From positions 123,256,001-123,320,000 of the forward strand of contig OZ024741.1 in assembly GCA_964016885.1 (NCBI GenBank): a stretch of DNA of 64,000 nucleotides, in the 5' to 3' direction. Source of the stretch: Eledone cirrhosa. Lineage: Eukaryota. Position numbers and translations under genes: made by a program. Shown in pieces: positions 13,451 to 27,500 of this stretch (positions are counted from its first letter, which is position 1; each line of letters opens with the position of its first letter). Under the pieces are notes generated by a model. The model saw only the letters and a list, made by a program, of their open reading frames with translations, was not told where the DNA came from and searched no databases.

Positions 13451-15438
13451 TTACCTTACTTCTCGTAGGGGAAGGACGGTTTATCCATCCTTTTCACTGC
13501 TTGTGGCCTCCTCAGGAAGGATGTCCTTATAAATCCTCCTGGAGAGTGCTTGTCGGAATTCTCCGATGTCTTTGGGGAATTTTTGTTTTAGTGTCATGTA
13601 CGTTTTCTGTGTGATGCGAGTGATTTGTATGTGTGGAGGTGGTGTGCATTTTGGGGTTGTTGTGTAGTCTTTTTCTGTGATGCTGGTGTTGTGTTGGATG
13701 TAGTGTAATAATTGCTTGTTGTTCAAATTTAATGCTGTGTAGTGTGTATCGTTTTGGTTGTTTTGTTTTGTTTGCGTTTGTTGTGGGTTTGTTTCTGTTT
13801 CGCATTTTGGTGACTTTTGTGGTGTAGGTGATGGTGGTGTTGGAGTTAATGATGGTGATGGTGTTGGTGTTTTGGTTGATGGGGTTGGTGATGCTGGTGT
13901 GGATGGTGGCATATCTGTCCTAACTTTTTTGTTTCTTAATTTATTTGTTTCCCTCTGTATTTTGTTTTTGGAGGGGGAGGGAAGAGATTTTTTCTTTTTT
14001 GGTTTCTTTTTTTTTTTCGGATATCGTTTCCCACTCCTCGTCGTCACAATCTGTCTCCAGTTGTGATAGGCCGGGGAGTGGAAAATCCTCCACAGGCGTT
14101 AGTTTTGGTTGTGGCGTGGTGGATGGTGTAGGCGCTGGTGCTAGTTCTGAAGCGTTGGATGGTGGTGGTGTTGGTTTTGCTGGTGGTGGTGGTGGTGGTG
14201 GTTTGGCTACTGTTGCTGGGGTTGTTGCCGTTATAGTTGCTTCTGTTGTTGCTGCTACAGTTGTTGCTGCCATCTCTGCTACTGGTGGTGTTGATGGTTG
14301 TGTCACTGGGGTGGGTAGGAGAGGTGGCCTCAACCTTTTAGCCTGAGGGCAGAAAGCCCTTAGGTGGGTTCCTTCACCACAAACGACACACCTAGGTCTT
14401 CTGCCCTCGACAATTACCGTGAGGTGGCTGCCGTCAGTGAGGTCTATTACCTCTGGGATCTCCTCAATGCTTTTTGGGTCCGCTTGGATCAGGAGCTCCA
14501 TCCCAGATCCGGACCAGTTCTCCTGCTTTTCTTTTGCTATTGCTATTATTTTCGTGTTGGCTTCGATGCCGGCGAGGACGGCCGCTATTAGCCCGGGAAT
14601 TTCGATGGCCGGTGGAACGTGGGTCACCCTGATATTTACGAGTCTCTGGCCACAATAGCGACGAGTGTGAAGTCGTCACTTCTTAATGGGGCCATGGAGT
14701 GTTCTCTAGCCTCCTCTGGTGTTTCAAAGAACACGTCCACGGTTCCATACTTCTGCCCACGTCTGATGTGGGTTTTTCTTGCCCACACATGTCCCAAAGC
14801 TTTTTGGATTTGGGACTCGGATGCCCGTTCCACTCGGCGCGATTTTACATTTATCGTTCGATACGACACGGTACATAGGCGCCGATGCTCCATTTTATTA
14901 GGTGGTGGGATGGCTGAGCCTGTACCCATCTTTCTTTACCATTTGTTTGGCATTTTCTAAATCCTCCTGAGTTACCGTAAATGCTTCGAACTGTTTTGCT
15001 ACTATTGCAAAACTGAGGGTCGTTTTTATAATGTCATTGTTGTTGTTGTTGCTATCGTTATTTGTGTTAATATTAATTTTAGTTTCAGTTGTGGTGGTGG
15101 TGACGTCAGTCGTCTTTGGTGGGGAAGAGTCCACTTTGCTTGATTTCATTTCGACATCACGAGTTAATTTATTTTTTTCTTCTTTTGTTTCTGTTGTCGC
15201 GGTGGTGGTGGTGGTGGTGGTTGTCACGGTGGTGGTGGTGGTGGAGGCTTTAACACCTGCAGTCATTGGAAATGGCGGGAAATGAATGTCTGCCTGAGAC
15301 AAATTAAAAATATTGCTACTGCTTATATTTTTTTTTTGTGTTGGGAAACGTAGTAACATTTACAATGGTGGTGTCGGTGTGAGGTGTTATTTTGTGAGGA
15401 AGGCTTTCAGCTGCTTGGTGCAGAGGTGAATTAGCCAT
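13451..15438 (-). pseudogene. Copy A ORF1, type B (gag-like, CCHC zinc knuckle), frameshifted
   Basis: ORF pieces 14898-15359, 14636-14929, 13941-14627 (CVVCGEGTHLRAFC) and 13481-14047 are colinear with the type-A ORF1 of copies C and D. Confidence 0.85.
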
Positions 15439-15645
15439 TTTTCTCAAAGAAATTTTTTGATAATAATAAAGTTTAAATTTTGGGCACAAGGCCCCAATCT
15501 TTTTGGGTGTCCTTTTCGGAAAACAATGTATGTGCGCTTATAAACAGTTAACAATAAAATTTTCCATAAATGACAATTTTTAACAAACGTCAAATAACAA
15601 ACCTTTGCGGAGCTCACGATGATACGATTTACTACGTAGGTCGCC

Positions 15646-15689
<44 letters not shown>

Positions 15690-18276
15690 TAATAATAATA
15701 ATGTTTTCTTTATTAACCACAAGGGTTTACATAAAGTAGACATTAAGGACAGTACAGGACAATACAGGACGGTACAAATGGGCATTTCTGCGTGTAAAAA
15801 CAACGGAGGTTGAAGTAAAATAACAAAGAAAAATTCCCCAATAGGGGGGAGTCTTCCGAGGGACATTTGTGGAGAAAGCCCATTAAAAGACCACAGTGGC
15901 CCTGACCACCAGGGCAAGTGCCCTCTCCCAGTTTTCCACCTTTAATTTACAGACACATACTCAGAGAATGCCCATTCATTCGGGCCATACTTGCTTCTCT
16001 CACCCATCTTTCAACAAAATGCTGGGAAGAGAGCATTTCCCTCTCTACCCTGATTTTCCTTTTCAAATGAAATTTGAAAAAGTTAATCAGGGCATCACCG
16101 AAGAGGTAAGTGCTCGTCTTCAGCCCTTTCAAACGTGTCCACCATACTATCTCTTTCGCCATGGCCACCAGACAGATAAAAACTGCCTGCCCTTCCCGGC
16201 TAAAGGAAGGGGGCGGGGCAATCCTCACGATGGACTCAGCTGATAGCTGGATCCGTCCTACACGTGACAGCAGGTGTTCGATATAAACCCACAAGTCAGC
16301 AATGCTCGGACACTGGACGAGTGCGTGCAGGACGGTTTCGTCGCCCTGCGCGCATCTCGGACATGCCCGGCTGACGGCACCTCCATGCCTGTAGAGTTTA
16401 TCCCGAACTGGCAAAGCTCCTCGGTAGCACTGCCAGGCCAGGGATTTCTGGAAGTTGTCCATAGGCCCCGGCCCGAAAGTCCTTCCGAAGAGATTGGCTA
16501 GTTGATTTTCGTCGACGCCTAGAGTTTCTCCAAGTACGTCGTCGCTCTTCCCCTCCACTAATCCTCTATAGAACGCCGAGGTGGAGTTTCCACCGATCAC
16601 ATTGCCCGATTGGTCGAGGGCTGTGAGCGCCTGAAGACATTCCAGTCTCCAAGCGCTCCCTCTGGTCTTCGCTTGACCCAGGACTGCAGCTACGTCAAGG
16701 AGACGAGCTGGGGAAAAACGTGTCTAGCAAACGGCGACCACACCTGATCACCGTCGAGGAAGAGGTGGAGATGTCGTAGCCTGAGCGCGTGTCTGCGCAT
16801 CATTAGCCACGGCATGCCCAGCCCTCCACGTAGCGGGAGTTGACAGCAGATGGACCGCCTGACCATCGGAGCGCGTCCCTTCCACAAGAAGCGAAAGAGC
16901 AAACGCTCCAGCGCAGTCAGGCGAGGCTTAGGACAAGGTACGACGGTCAGGCGGTAGTAGATGACGGATGCGATGTAAGCATTCGCCACCTCCGCTCGAC
17001 CTTTCAGGGATAGCTTCCCCTCGGCCCATTTCTGGGTGAGAGAAGCCACTCTGCTCGTCACCTCGTCCCAGTTTTTGTCCGTCTGGAGGTCTGGACCGAA
17101 CCAGACCCCTAGCAATTAAACCGGTCCGTCCGTCCAGCGCCCGACGACGCTGTTGGACGGCATGGACCTGCCTCTCCAGGTGCCGAGCTGCAGGCCCACT
17201 GACTTTTCCTGGTCGATCATTGCTCCTGTCACCGCTTCGTATTCTCTTAGTGTAGTGCCGATCGCGTCGATGTGTTTGGCGTTCGACACCACTACGGTGA
17301 CATCGTCGGCATATGCTGACACGGATCTCCCGCATCCTAGTTCGCGCGGGACCCCCCTCAACGTCTCCAGTTTGTGCAGTAATGGCTCGAGAGTCAATAC
17401 GTACATTAGGGACGAGAGGGGACATCCTTGGCGGACCGAGCGCATGATGTTGAACGGTTCCGAAAGGTGACCGTTCACTCTCACCACAGAGCAGATGTCG
17501 CTGTGCATGGCAGCGATCCAGCCTCTGAAGACGGGCCCAAAGCCAGCCGCCCACTTTCTTTACCATTTGTTTGGCATTTTCTAAATCCTCCTGAGTTACC
17601 GTATATGCTTCGAACTGTTTTGCTACTATTGCAAAACTGAGGGGCGTTTTTATAATGTCATTGTTGTTGTTGTTGCTATCGTGCTTTGTGTTAATATTAA
17701 TTTTAGTTTCAGTTGTGGTGGTGTTGACGTCAGTCGTCTTTCGTGGGGAAGAGTCCACTTTGCTTGATTTCATTTCGACATCACGAGTTAATTTATTTTT
17801 TTCTTCTTTTGTTTCTGTTGTCGCGGTGGTGGTGGTGGTGGTGGTGGTGGTTGTCGCGGTGGTGGTGGTGGTGGAGGCTTTAACACCTGCAGTCATTGGT
17901 AATGGCGGGAAATGATTGTCTGCTTGAGACAAATTTAAAATATTGCTAGTGCTTATATTTTTTTTCGTGTTGGCAAACGTAGTAACATTTACAATGGTGG
18001 TGTCGGTGTGAGGTGTTAATTTGTGAGGAAGGCTTTCAGCTGCTTCGTGCAGAGGTGAATTAGCCATTTTTTTTTCAAAGAAATTTTTTGATAATAATAA
18101 AAGTTAAAATTTTGGGCACAAGGCCCCAATCTTTTTGGGTGTCCTTTTCGGAAAACAATGTATGTGTGCTTATAAACAGTTAACAATAAAATTTTCCATA
18201 AATGGCAATTTTTAACAAACGGAAATAACAAACCTTTGCGGAGCTCACGATGATACGATTTACTACGTAGGTCGAC
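15646..18276 (-). mobile_element. Tx1 copy B (type-B 5' module) with a large internal deletion
   Basis: The 5'UTR and ORF1 N-terminus (18067 to ~17553) join directly to mid-RT at ~17552; the ORF2 3' part spans 15947-17552; (AAT)n tail at 15646-15702. Confidence 0.9.
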
Positions 18277-18325
<49 letters not shown>

Positions 18326-18600
18326 TTAATAATAATACTGATTTCTTTATTAACCACAACGGTTTACATAAAGTAGACATTAAGGACAGTGCAGGACAAT
18401 GCAGGATGGTACAAATGGGCATTTCTGCGTGTAAAAAACAAGAACAGAGGATGTAACAAAAATAACAATGAAAATAACAATGAAAAATTCCCCAATAGGA
18501 GGGAGACTTCGGAGGGACATTTGTGGAGAAAGCCCAGTAAAAAGCCACAATGACCCTGACCACCAAGGCAAGTGCCCTCCCCCAGTTTTTCACCTTTAAT

Positions 18601-21600
18601 TTACAGATATATACTCAGAGTAGGCCCATTCACTCGGGCCATTCTTGCTTCTCTCACCAATCTTTCAACAAAATGCTGGGAAGAGAGCACTTCCCTCTCT
18701 ACTCTGATTTTCCTTTTCAAATGAAATTTGAAAAAGTCAATCAGAGCATCACCGAAGAGGTAAGTGCTCGTCTTCAGCCCTTTCAGACGTGTCCACCATA
18801 CTATCTCTTTCGCCATGGCCACCAGACAGATAAAAACTGCCTGCCCTTCCCGGCTAAAGGAGGAGGGCGGGGAAATCCTCATGATGGACTCAGATGATAG
18901 CCGGATCCGTCCTAAACGCGACATAAACCCACAAGTCAGCAATTTTCGGACACTGGACGAGTGCGTGCAGGACGGTTTCGTCGCCCTGTGCGCATCTCGG
19001 ACATGCCCGGCTGACGGCACCTCCATGCCTGTAGAGTTTATCCCGAACTGGCAAGGCTCCTCGGTAGCACTGCCAGGCCAGAGATTTCTGGAAGTTGTCC
19101 ATAGGCCCCGTCCCGAAAGTTCTTCCGAAGAGATTGGCTAGTTGATTATCGTCGACGCCTAGAGTTTCCCCAAGTACGTCGTCGCTCTTCCCCTCCACTA
19201 ATCCTCTATAGAACGCCGAGGTGGAGTTTCCACCGATCACATTGCCCGATTGGTCGAGGGCTGTGAGCGCCTGAAGACATTCCAGTCTCCAGGCGCTCCC
19301 TCTCGGTCTTCGCTTGACCCAGGACTGCAGCTCCGTCAAGGAAACGAGCTGGGGAAATACGCGCCTAGCAAACGGCGACCACACCTGATCACCGTCGAGG
19401 AAGAGGTGGAGATGTCGTAGCCTGAGCGCGTGCCTGCGCATCATCAGCCACGGCATGCCCAGCCCTCCACATAGCGGGTGTTGACAACAGATGGACCGCC
19501 TGACCATCGGAGCACGTCCCTTCAACAAAAAGCGAAAGAGCAAACGCTCCAGCGCAGTCAGGCGAGGCTTAGGACAAGGTACGACGGTCAGGCGGTAGCA
19601 GATGACAGACGTGATGTACGCGTTAGCCACCTCCGCTCGACCTTTCAGGGATAGCTTCCTCTCCGCCCATTTCTGGGTGAGAGAAGCCACTCTGCTCGTC
19701 ACCTCGTCCCAGTTTTTTGTCCGTCTGGAGGTCCGGACCGAACCAGACCCCTAGCAATTTAACCGGTCCGTCCGTCCAGCATCCGACGACGCTGTTGGAC
19801 GGCATGGACCTGCCTCTCCAGGTGCCGAGCTGCAGGCCCACTGACTTTTCCTGGTTGATCATTGCTCCTGTCACCGCTTCGTATTCTCTTAGTGTAGTGC
19901 CGATCGCCTCGATGTGTTTGGCGTTCGACACCACTACGGTGGCATCGTCCGCATATGCTGACACGGATCTTTCGCATCCTAGTTCGCGCGGGACTCCCCT
20001 CAACGTCTCCAGTTTGTGCACTAATGGCTCGAGAGTCAATACGTACAAGAGGGACGAGAGGGGACATCCTTGGCGGACCGAGCGCATGATGTTGAACGGT
20101 TCCGACAGGTGACCGTTCACTCTCACCACAGAGCAGATGTCGCTGTGCATGGCAGCGATCCAGCCTCTGAAGACGGGCCCAAAGCCAGCCGCCCTCAGGA
20201 CTGCCGCTAGGTAACGATGGTCGACCCTATTGAAAGCTTTCGACTGATCTAAATTGATCAAGGACCCACCCGTGCCAGGTTCCTTAGCTACCCTCTCTAT
20301 GATGTATCGCATGAGGTGGAGGTTGTCGTGGATGGATCTGTCGGGAATGGCGCATGTCTGCGCCTCTCCCACCAGACCACCAACGACAAGCGCCAACCTC
20401 TTTGCTAGCACCTGACCAAAATCTTGAACTCTGTGTTTAGCAGAGTTATGGGCCGGAAATTATCTATGTTATCCCCCTTGTTCGGATCCTTTCTCAGCAG
20501 TGCCACCGCTCCACGGCTCAGAGAACTGGGAATTCTCCCGTTCTGTTGCCAGTTGCAGTAGACGTCCGCCAAAAGGCCTCCGAACAAGTCTGGCATCTGT
20601 ACGTAAAGTTCATAGGGCAGACCATCCAAACCAGGCGATTTACCCCTTGTACAGCCAGTCATTGCCTCCCTTACTTCAGCGGCTGTTATCGGCTTTTCCA
20701 ACACTTCGCCTCAGTGGCCGAGAGCCGCGGCAGTCCGTCGAGGTAGACACTAAAGTCCATCCCTCTACCCGGCCCACCGCTGCCCCCGAACAGCTGAGCG
20801 AAGTGTCGCTGAAAAGCTTCACACATTTGCCCGGGATCGAGTAGCATGCGCCCGTCGTGGTCCACCAAAGACCGGATCTTGGCTTTGTTGCCACGACGCG
20901 CCTCCGCCACTCAGGCCCATTGAACGGCTTTCGTCCCCTCGTGTCTGAGAGCACGCACCCTTGCTCTGACAACGCAGCCTTCGTGCTTTGCATTGAAGAA
21001 TTGGTCAAGGGCCAATTTCGCCGCAAGCACGTCGGTCGCAATGCCTTTGCTAAGCGCCTCGTCTAATTGTCTAACTAGTTCTTCCTCTGCTCTACTTTTC
21101 TCTATTGCTAAAGCCTTACTAAACCTCATGGATTCTATTCTAATCGTTCTTTTCAGAGCAAACCACCACTTGTTGTTGACGATGGCCCCCGTCAACGCCC
21201 GCTGAACTAGTTCGCTAATCCGGTCTCTGTAGGCCTTGCGCGCTGGTAAGGACGCGTTTAGCTTTCAGTAGCCGGGTCTTCGTCTATGAAGCCTATCTAA
21301 GTCAAGCACACAGATCACGAATTTGTGGTCCGTGTAGCTGACTATCTTGAATTGTGGACAGCCTATGCTAGACCTATCTATTTCCCTACAAAATACTCTA
21401 TCTAGATATGATCTGGATGACCATATGCGGTTTGTCCAAGTCCACATTGGCACATTCGGGAAATCCAATCGGTACCTGTCAGACAGTTCAAAGCGCCTGA
21501 TCAGGTTGGTGAGGCTCTTGCACCCTCCACCCCTATCCGCTAATCCCACACAGTCCCATCGTGCATCTAAGATCCCGTTCCAGTCGCCCACTAACACTAA

Positions 21601-22006
21601 AGAGCGGGACGTTCCAAGAAAGGTCTCCAGACGCCGGAAGAAATCAGGCCGCCCTGCTCCTGTCGGGGCATAGACGGCCACTAGCCTGAAAGCTTGCCCG
21701 TCACCGCTGGTCACGTCCAGCACCACCAGCTTACCCTCTGGGTCCAGGAAGATGGCCCGTATGGCGAGATCCAAACCTCTCCGAAAAAGCACAGCAACTC
21801 CATCCACCCGATCCCGGACGGCTGTGAGATGCGTACACAACGTAGCCCCCGAAGATCGGTGCGAAGGCCCGTGCTTCGGAGATTCTGGTCTCGCTAATGG
21901 CCACTACATCTATGTTTAGTGACCTCAGGTCGTTGAGCAGGTGACCCTGCTTCCATGACGACCCCAAGCCACGCGCATTTATGCTGCCTATTCTGAGTGA
22001 GGTCAT
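18601..22006 (-). pseudogene. Copy C ORF2 (APE-RT), disrupted
   Basis: Colinear with copy D ORF2; stops and frameshifts split it into ORFs 21731-22006, 21265-21840, 20911-21195, 20405-20704, 19623-20411, 18890-19702 and others. Confidence 0.9.
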
Positions 22007-22041
22007 GTTTAAAATAGAGTGGAAAAGATGGGAAAGACCAC

Positions 22042-23995
22042 TTACCGTACTTTTGGTAGAAGAGGGATGGTTTTTACATCCCTTTTCACTTGATCGTCTG
22101 GTGAAGGGACCGTTGAATCGTCCCTTCGGCTGGTCGTCGGCTCTTCTAAGAGAATGTCTGAATATACTCTTCGATTGATGGTTCCTCCTAGGTCCCTGAA
22201 ATCACCAACAGCGTTGGGGAATTTCGTTTTAATGTTTGTGTATTGTTTCTGTGCTATTTTTAGCAGTCTTATGTTAGTTGGCGTTTTGATTGGTGCTGGT
22301 ATTATGTAGTCCTGTTGTGAAATGTCTGTGTGTTCAATTATGTAAGTCATTAGTTCCTTGTTGTGTGTATTTATTGCCGTGCATTTGTTTTTCTGGGGGT
22401 GGGGTGTGGTTTTGCTATTTTCTTGTCGTTGTTGCTGGGTGTGTGTGTTTTGTTGTTGTGTTTGCGATGTTGGTGCTTGTGGTGGTGGTGTTGAAGGTGT
22501 TGTTGGCGGTGGGGTTGTCGCCGGTGGTGATGGTGGTGCTAGTGTGGGTGGTGATGGTGTTGGTGGTGTTGCTGCTGTGGGTCTCTTTGCAGTAGACTTT
22601 ACCCTTTTCTCATTTCTTTCCTCCCTTTTCAAAGGCGACGATGCGCTGCTTCTGCGTTTGTGCCTTCTTACGACCTTTTGCCATCCCTCTCCCACCTCAC
22701 ACTCCATGTCTGATTCTGTGAGGTCGGGGAGGGGTACCAGCTCCACTCTTTCACTTGTTGTTGTTGGTGATGTTTGCACTGGAGTCTCTGTTGCAGCTGC
22801 ATTTGGTATTGCTGTTGTTGTTGTTAATATTTCCACTGCTGCTGATGTTTTTGATTTCCGTGGAGTGGGTATGGGTGCCACGGACCTATCGTTCCTGGTT
22901 ACCGCTTGACCTGTTGCTGGTAGCCGTGGAGCCGGATTCGGAAGGAGGGGGGTTTTCTCCTTTCTCAGGGTCTTCTCGTTGCAGAAGGCCCTGAGGTGAG
23001 TCTTCGATCCACAGCGAAAGCATTTCGGGCGTTTGCCCTCAACACTTATGGGCAGTTGAGTGCCGTTATCGAAGTCTATCACATCCGGGATAGCTTCGAT
23101 GCACTCCTGGTTGGTTTGGATTAGCATCTCAATGGAGGAGCCGACCCAATCTTCTCTTACTTTTTTCTGTACTTGCAGTACAGTTGTTTTGTCCTCGATT
23201 CCGACGAGGACAGACGTAGCCAGCCAAGAAGGGGTCATTCCGGGGGGGACGTGGGTCAGTTTGACCCTCACAATTTTTTGCCCGCAGTAGGAGGGCACCA
23301 ACACCATTTCCTCGCTCCTTAGGGTCACTACGGGATTTTGTACTTACTGTACGGTACGTGACCGTACAGTGCTCTTGGGTTTCGAAAAATTTTTCCGCTG
23401 CCTTGCAGATTGCTCGGTGTCCATTCTTTGTCACCATCTTCTTCGCTTCCTCTAATTCCTCATTTGTTATGAGGATTGTTTCCAAGTTTTTCGCAATACC
23501 TGCAAATGAGATTGGTTTTTCTCTGCTGCTGCTGTTGTTGTTGTCGTCAGAGCTGCTGGAACTTTTGTTGTTGCTGCAGGTACTACGACTACTGCCTCCG
23601 CCGCTGTTGCTGTGGTTGTTGTTGCTGCTGCTAATGCTGTTGTTGTTTATGCTGCTGGTGATGCTGTTGCGGCGGCTTCTGTTGTTTTCATTGTCACTGT
23701 TGCTGTTGTTGTTACGGCTGCTACTGCTATTATTCCTGACGTCAGACGAATGAACTGGGTTTTCGTATTTCCCGCACACCTGTTTCGTCGCTGTCGTCGT
23801 CGTCGTGGAGAAACCTTGCACGCTTTGCACGAGACTTTTCTTTTCTTTCGTCACTTGCGAAAGAGAAGGGAGGGAGAGAGACACATTTAAAGAAGGGAGG
23901 GAGAGAGACAATCTTCTCTCTGCTGTAGTGATGATTGAGGAAGAAGAAGACGGAATGAGTGGGAGTGACGTATGAAATTTCTTTTTCGTAGCCAT
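22042..23995 (-). pseudogene. Copy C ORF1, type A (CCHC knuckle)
   Basis: MATKKKF start, CFRCGSKTHLRAFC, Pro/Thr-rich linker, ends LLPKVR*; frameshift caused by a deletion at ~23330. Confidence 0.85.
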
Positions 23996-24507
23996 TTTGT
24001 TTTTTGTTTAAAATGAATATTGGGTACAAAACCCCAATAACTGGTTATTTAACCCCGAAGGGCCAAATAACGGACAGAAAGACCTCACTCACGAGGAGGA
24101 GGGTGTCTTTATCAACAATTTGGTTCAAGTTTTAAACAATTTACAATTGTTTTAACGGTTAAAAATTACTATACCTTACAGAGCCGAGCCTCCGTCAACC
24201 ATGGCATTCAATAATAATAATAATAATAATAATAATATTAATAATGATTTCTTTATTAACCACAAGGGTTTACATAAAGTAGACATTAAGGACAGTGCAG
24301 GACAATGCAGGACGGTACAAATGGGCATTTCTGCGTGTAAAAAAACAAAAACAGAGGATGTAACAAAAATAACAATGAAAATAACAATGAAAAATTCCCC
24401 AATAGGGGGGAGACTTCGGAGGGACATTTGTGGAGAAAGCCCAGTAAAAAGCCACAATGACCCTGACCACCAAGGCAAGTGCCCTCTCCCAGTTTTCCAC
24501 CTTTAGT

Positions 24508-27500
24508 TTACAGATATATACTCAGAGTCGGCCCATTCACTCGGGCCATTCTTGCTTCTCTCACCCATCTTTCAACAAAATGCTGGGAAGAGAGCACTTC
24601 CCTCTCTACTCTGATTTTCCTTTTCAAATGAAATTTGAAAAAGTCAATCAGAGCATCACCGAAGAGGTAAGTGCTCGTCTTCAGCCCTTTCAAACGTGTC
24701 CACCATACTATCTCTTTCGCCATGGCCACCAGACAGATAAAAACTGCCTGCCCTTCCCGGCTAAAGGAGAAGGGCGGGGCAATCCTCACGATGGACTCAG
24801 ATGATAGCTGGATCCGTCCTAAACGCGACAGCAGGTGTTCGACATAAACCCACAAGTCAGCAATTTTCGGACACTGGACGAGTGCGTGCAGGACGGTTTC
24901 GTCGCCCTGCGCGCATCTCGGACATGCCCGGCTGACGGCACCTCCATGCCTGTAGAGTTTATCCCGAACTGGCAAGGCTCCTCGGTAGCACTGCCAGGCC
25001 AGAGATTTCTGGAAGTTGTCCATAGGCCCTGGCCCGAAAGTTCTTCCGAAGAGATTGGCTAGTTGATTTTCGTCGACGCCTAGAGTTTCCCCAAGTACGT
25101 CGTCGCTCTTCCCCTCCACTAATCCTCTATAGAACGCCGAGGTGGAGTTTCCACCGATCACATTGCCCGATTGGTCGAGGGCTGTGAGCGCCTGAAGACA
25201 TTCCAGTCTCCAGGCGCTCCCTCTCGGTCTTCGCTTGACCCAGGACTGCAGCTCCGTCAAGGAAACGAGCTGGGGAAAAACGCGTCTAGCAAACGGCGAC
25301 CACACCTGATCACCGTCGAGGAAGAGGTGGAGATGTCGTAGCCTGAGCGCGTGCCTGCGCATCATCAGCCACGGCATGCCCAGCCCTCCACGTAGCGGGT
25401 GTTGACAACAGATGGACCGCCTGACCATCGGAGCACGTCCCTTCCACAAAAAGCGAAAGAGCAAACGCTCCAGCGCAGTCAGGCGAGGCTTAGGACAAGG
25501 TACGACGGTTAGGCGGTAGCAGATGACAGACGCGATGTACGCGTTAGCCACCTCCGCTCGACCTTTCAGGGATAGCTTCCTCTCCGCCCATTTCTGGGTG
25601 AGAGAAGCCACCCTGCTCGTCACCTTGTCCCAGTTTTTGTCCGTCTGGAGGTCCGGACCGAACCAGACCCCTAGCAATTTAACCGGTCCGTCCGTCCAGC
25701 GCCCGACGACGCTGTTGGACGGCATGGACCTGCCTCTCCAGGTGCCGAGCTGCAGGCCCACTGACTTTTCCTGGTTGATCATTGCTCCTGTCACCGCTTC
25801 GTATTCTCTTAGTGTAGTGCCGATCGCCTCGATGTGTTTGGCGTTCGACACCACTACGGTGACATCGTCCGCATATGCTGACACGGATCTTCCGCATCCT
25901 AGTTCGCGCGGGACCCCCCTCAACGTCTCCAGTTTGTGCAGTAATGGCTCGAGAGTCAATACGTACAAGAGGGACGAGAGGGGACATCCTTGGCGGACCG
26001 AGCGCATGATGTTGAACGGTTCCGACAGGTGACCGTTCACTCTCACCACAGAGCAGATGTCGCTGTGCATGGCAGCGATCCAGCCTCTGAAGACGGGCCC
26101 AAAGCCAGCCGCCCTCAGGACTGCCGCTAGGTAACGATGGTCGACCCTATCGAAAGCTTTCGACTGATCTAAATTGATCAAGGACCCACCCGTGCCAGGT
26201 TCCCTAGCTACCCTCTCTACGATGTATCGCATGAGGTGGAGGTTGTCGTGGATGGATCTGTCGGGAATGGCGCATGTCTGCGCCTCTCCCACCAGACCAC
26301 CAACGACAAGCGCCAACCTCTTTGCTAGCACCTTGGCCAAAATCTTAAACTCTGTGTTTAGCAGAGTTATGGGCCGGAAATTGTCTATGTTATCCCCCTT
26401 GTTCGGATCCTTTCTCAGCAGTGCCACCGCTCCTCGGCTCACAGAACTGGGAATTCTCCCGTTCTGTTGCCAGTTGCAGTAGACGTCCGCCAAGAGGCCT
26501 CCGAACAAGTCTGGCATCTGTACGTAAAGTTCATAGGGCAGACCATCCAAACCAGGCGATTTACCCCTTGTGCAGCCAGTCATTGCCTCCCGTACTTCAG
26601 CGGCTGTTATCGGCTTTTCGCAACACTTCGCCTCAGTGGCCGAGAGCCGCGGCAGTCCGTCGAGGTAGACACTAAAGTCCATCCCTCTACCCGGCCCCCC
26701 GCTGCCCCGGAACAGCTGAGCGAAGTGTCGCTGAAAAGCTTCACACATTTGCCCGGGATCGAGTAGCATGCGCCCGTCGTGGTCCACCAAAGACCGGATC
26801 GTGGCTTTGTTGCCACGACGCGCCTCCGCCACTCGGGCCCATTGAACGGCTTTCGTCCCCTCGTGTCTGAGAGCACGCACCCTAGCTCTGACAACGCAGC
26901 CTTCGTGCTTTGCATTGAAGAATTGGTCAAGGGCCAATTTCGCCGCAAGCACGTCGGTCGCAATGCCTTTGCTTAGCGCCTCGTCTAATTTTCTAACTAG
27001 TTCTCCCTCTGCTCTATTTTTCTCTATTGCTAAAGCCTTACTAAACCTAATCGATTCTATTCTAATCGCTCTTTTCAGAGCAAACCACCACTTGTTGTTG
27101 ACGATGGCCCCCGTCAACGCCCGCTTAACTAGTTCGCTAATCCGGTCTCTGTAGGCCTTGCGCGCTGGTAAGGACGCGTTTAGCTTCCAGTAGCCGGGTC
27201 CTCGTCTATGAAGCCTATCTAAGTCAAGCACACAGGTCACGAATTTGTGGTCCGTGTAGCTGACTATCTTGAATTGTGGACAGCCTATGCTAGACTTATC
27301 TATTTCCCTACAAAATACTCTATCTAGATATGATCTGGATGACCCTATGCGGTTTGTCCAAGTCCACATTGGCACATTCGGGAAATCCAATCGGTACCTG
27401 TCAGACAGTTCAAAACGCCTGAGCAGGTTGGTGAGGCCCTTGCACCCTCCACCCCTATCCGCTAAACCCACACAGTCCCATCGTGCATCTAAGATCCCGT

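Larger units (their letters stand above)
9724..15645 (-). mobile_element. Tx1/L1-clade non-LTR retrotransposon, copy A (type-B 5'UTR/ORF1), defective
   Basis: 3'UTR shared with the other copies; ORF2 has frameshifts, a ~0.55-kb RT deletion at 11380/11381 and a 587-bp APE duplication; the 5' end abuts (AAT)n at 15646. Confidence 0.9.
18277..24209 (-). mobile_element. Tx1 copy C (type-A 5' module), near full length, frameshifted
   Basis: ORF1 23995-22042 with a 143-bp deletion; ORF2 22006-18601 broken into several ORFs; (AAT)n tail at 18277-18336. Confidence 0.9.

Noticed and set aside
16928-18067. 379-aa ORF as a novel gene
   Set aside because: It is the type-B ORF1 N-terminus fused by deletion to an out-of-frame reading of the RT region.
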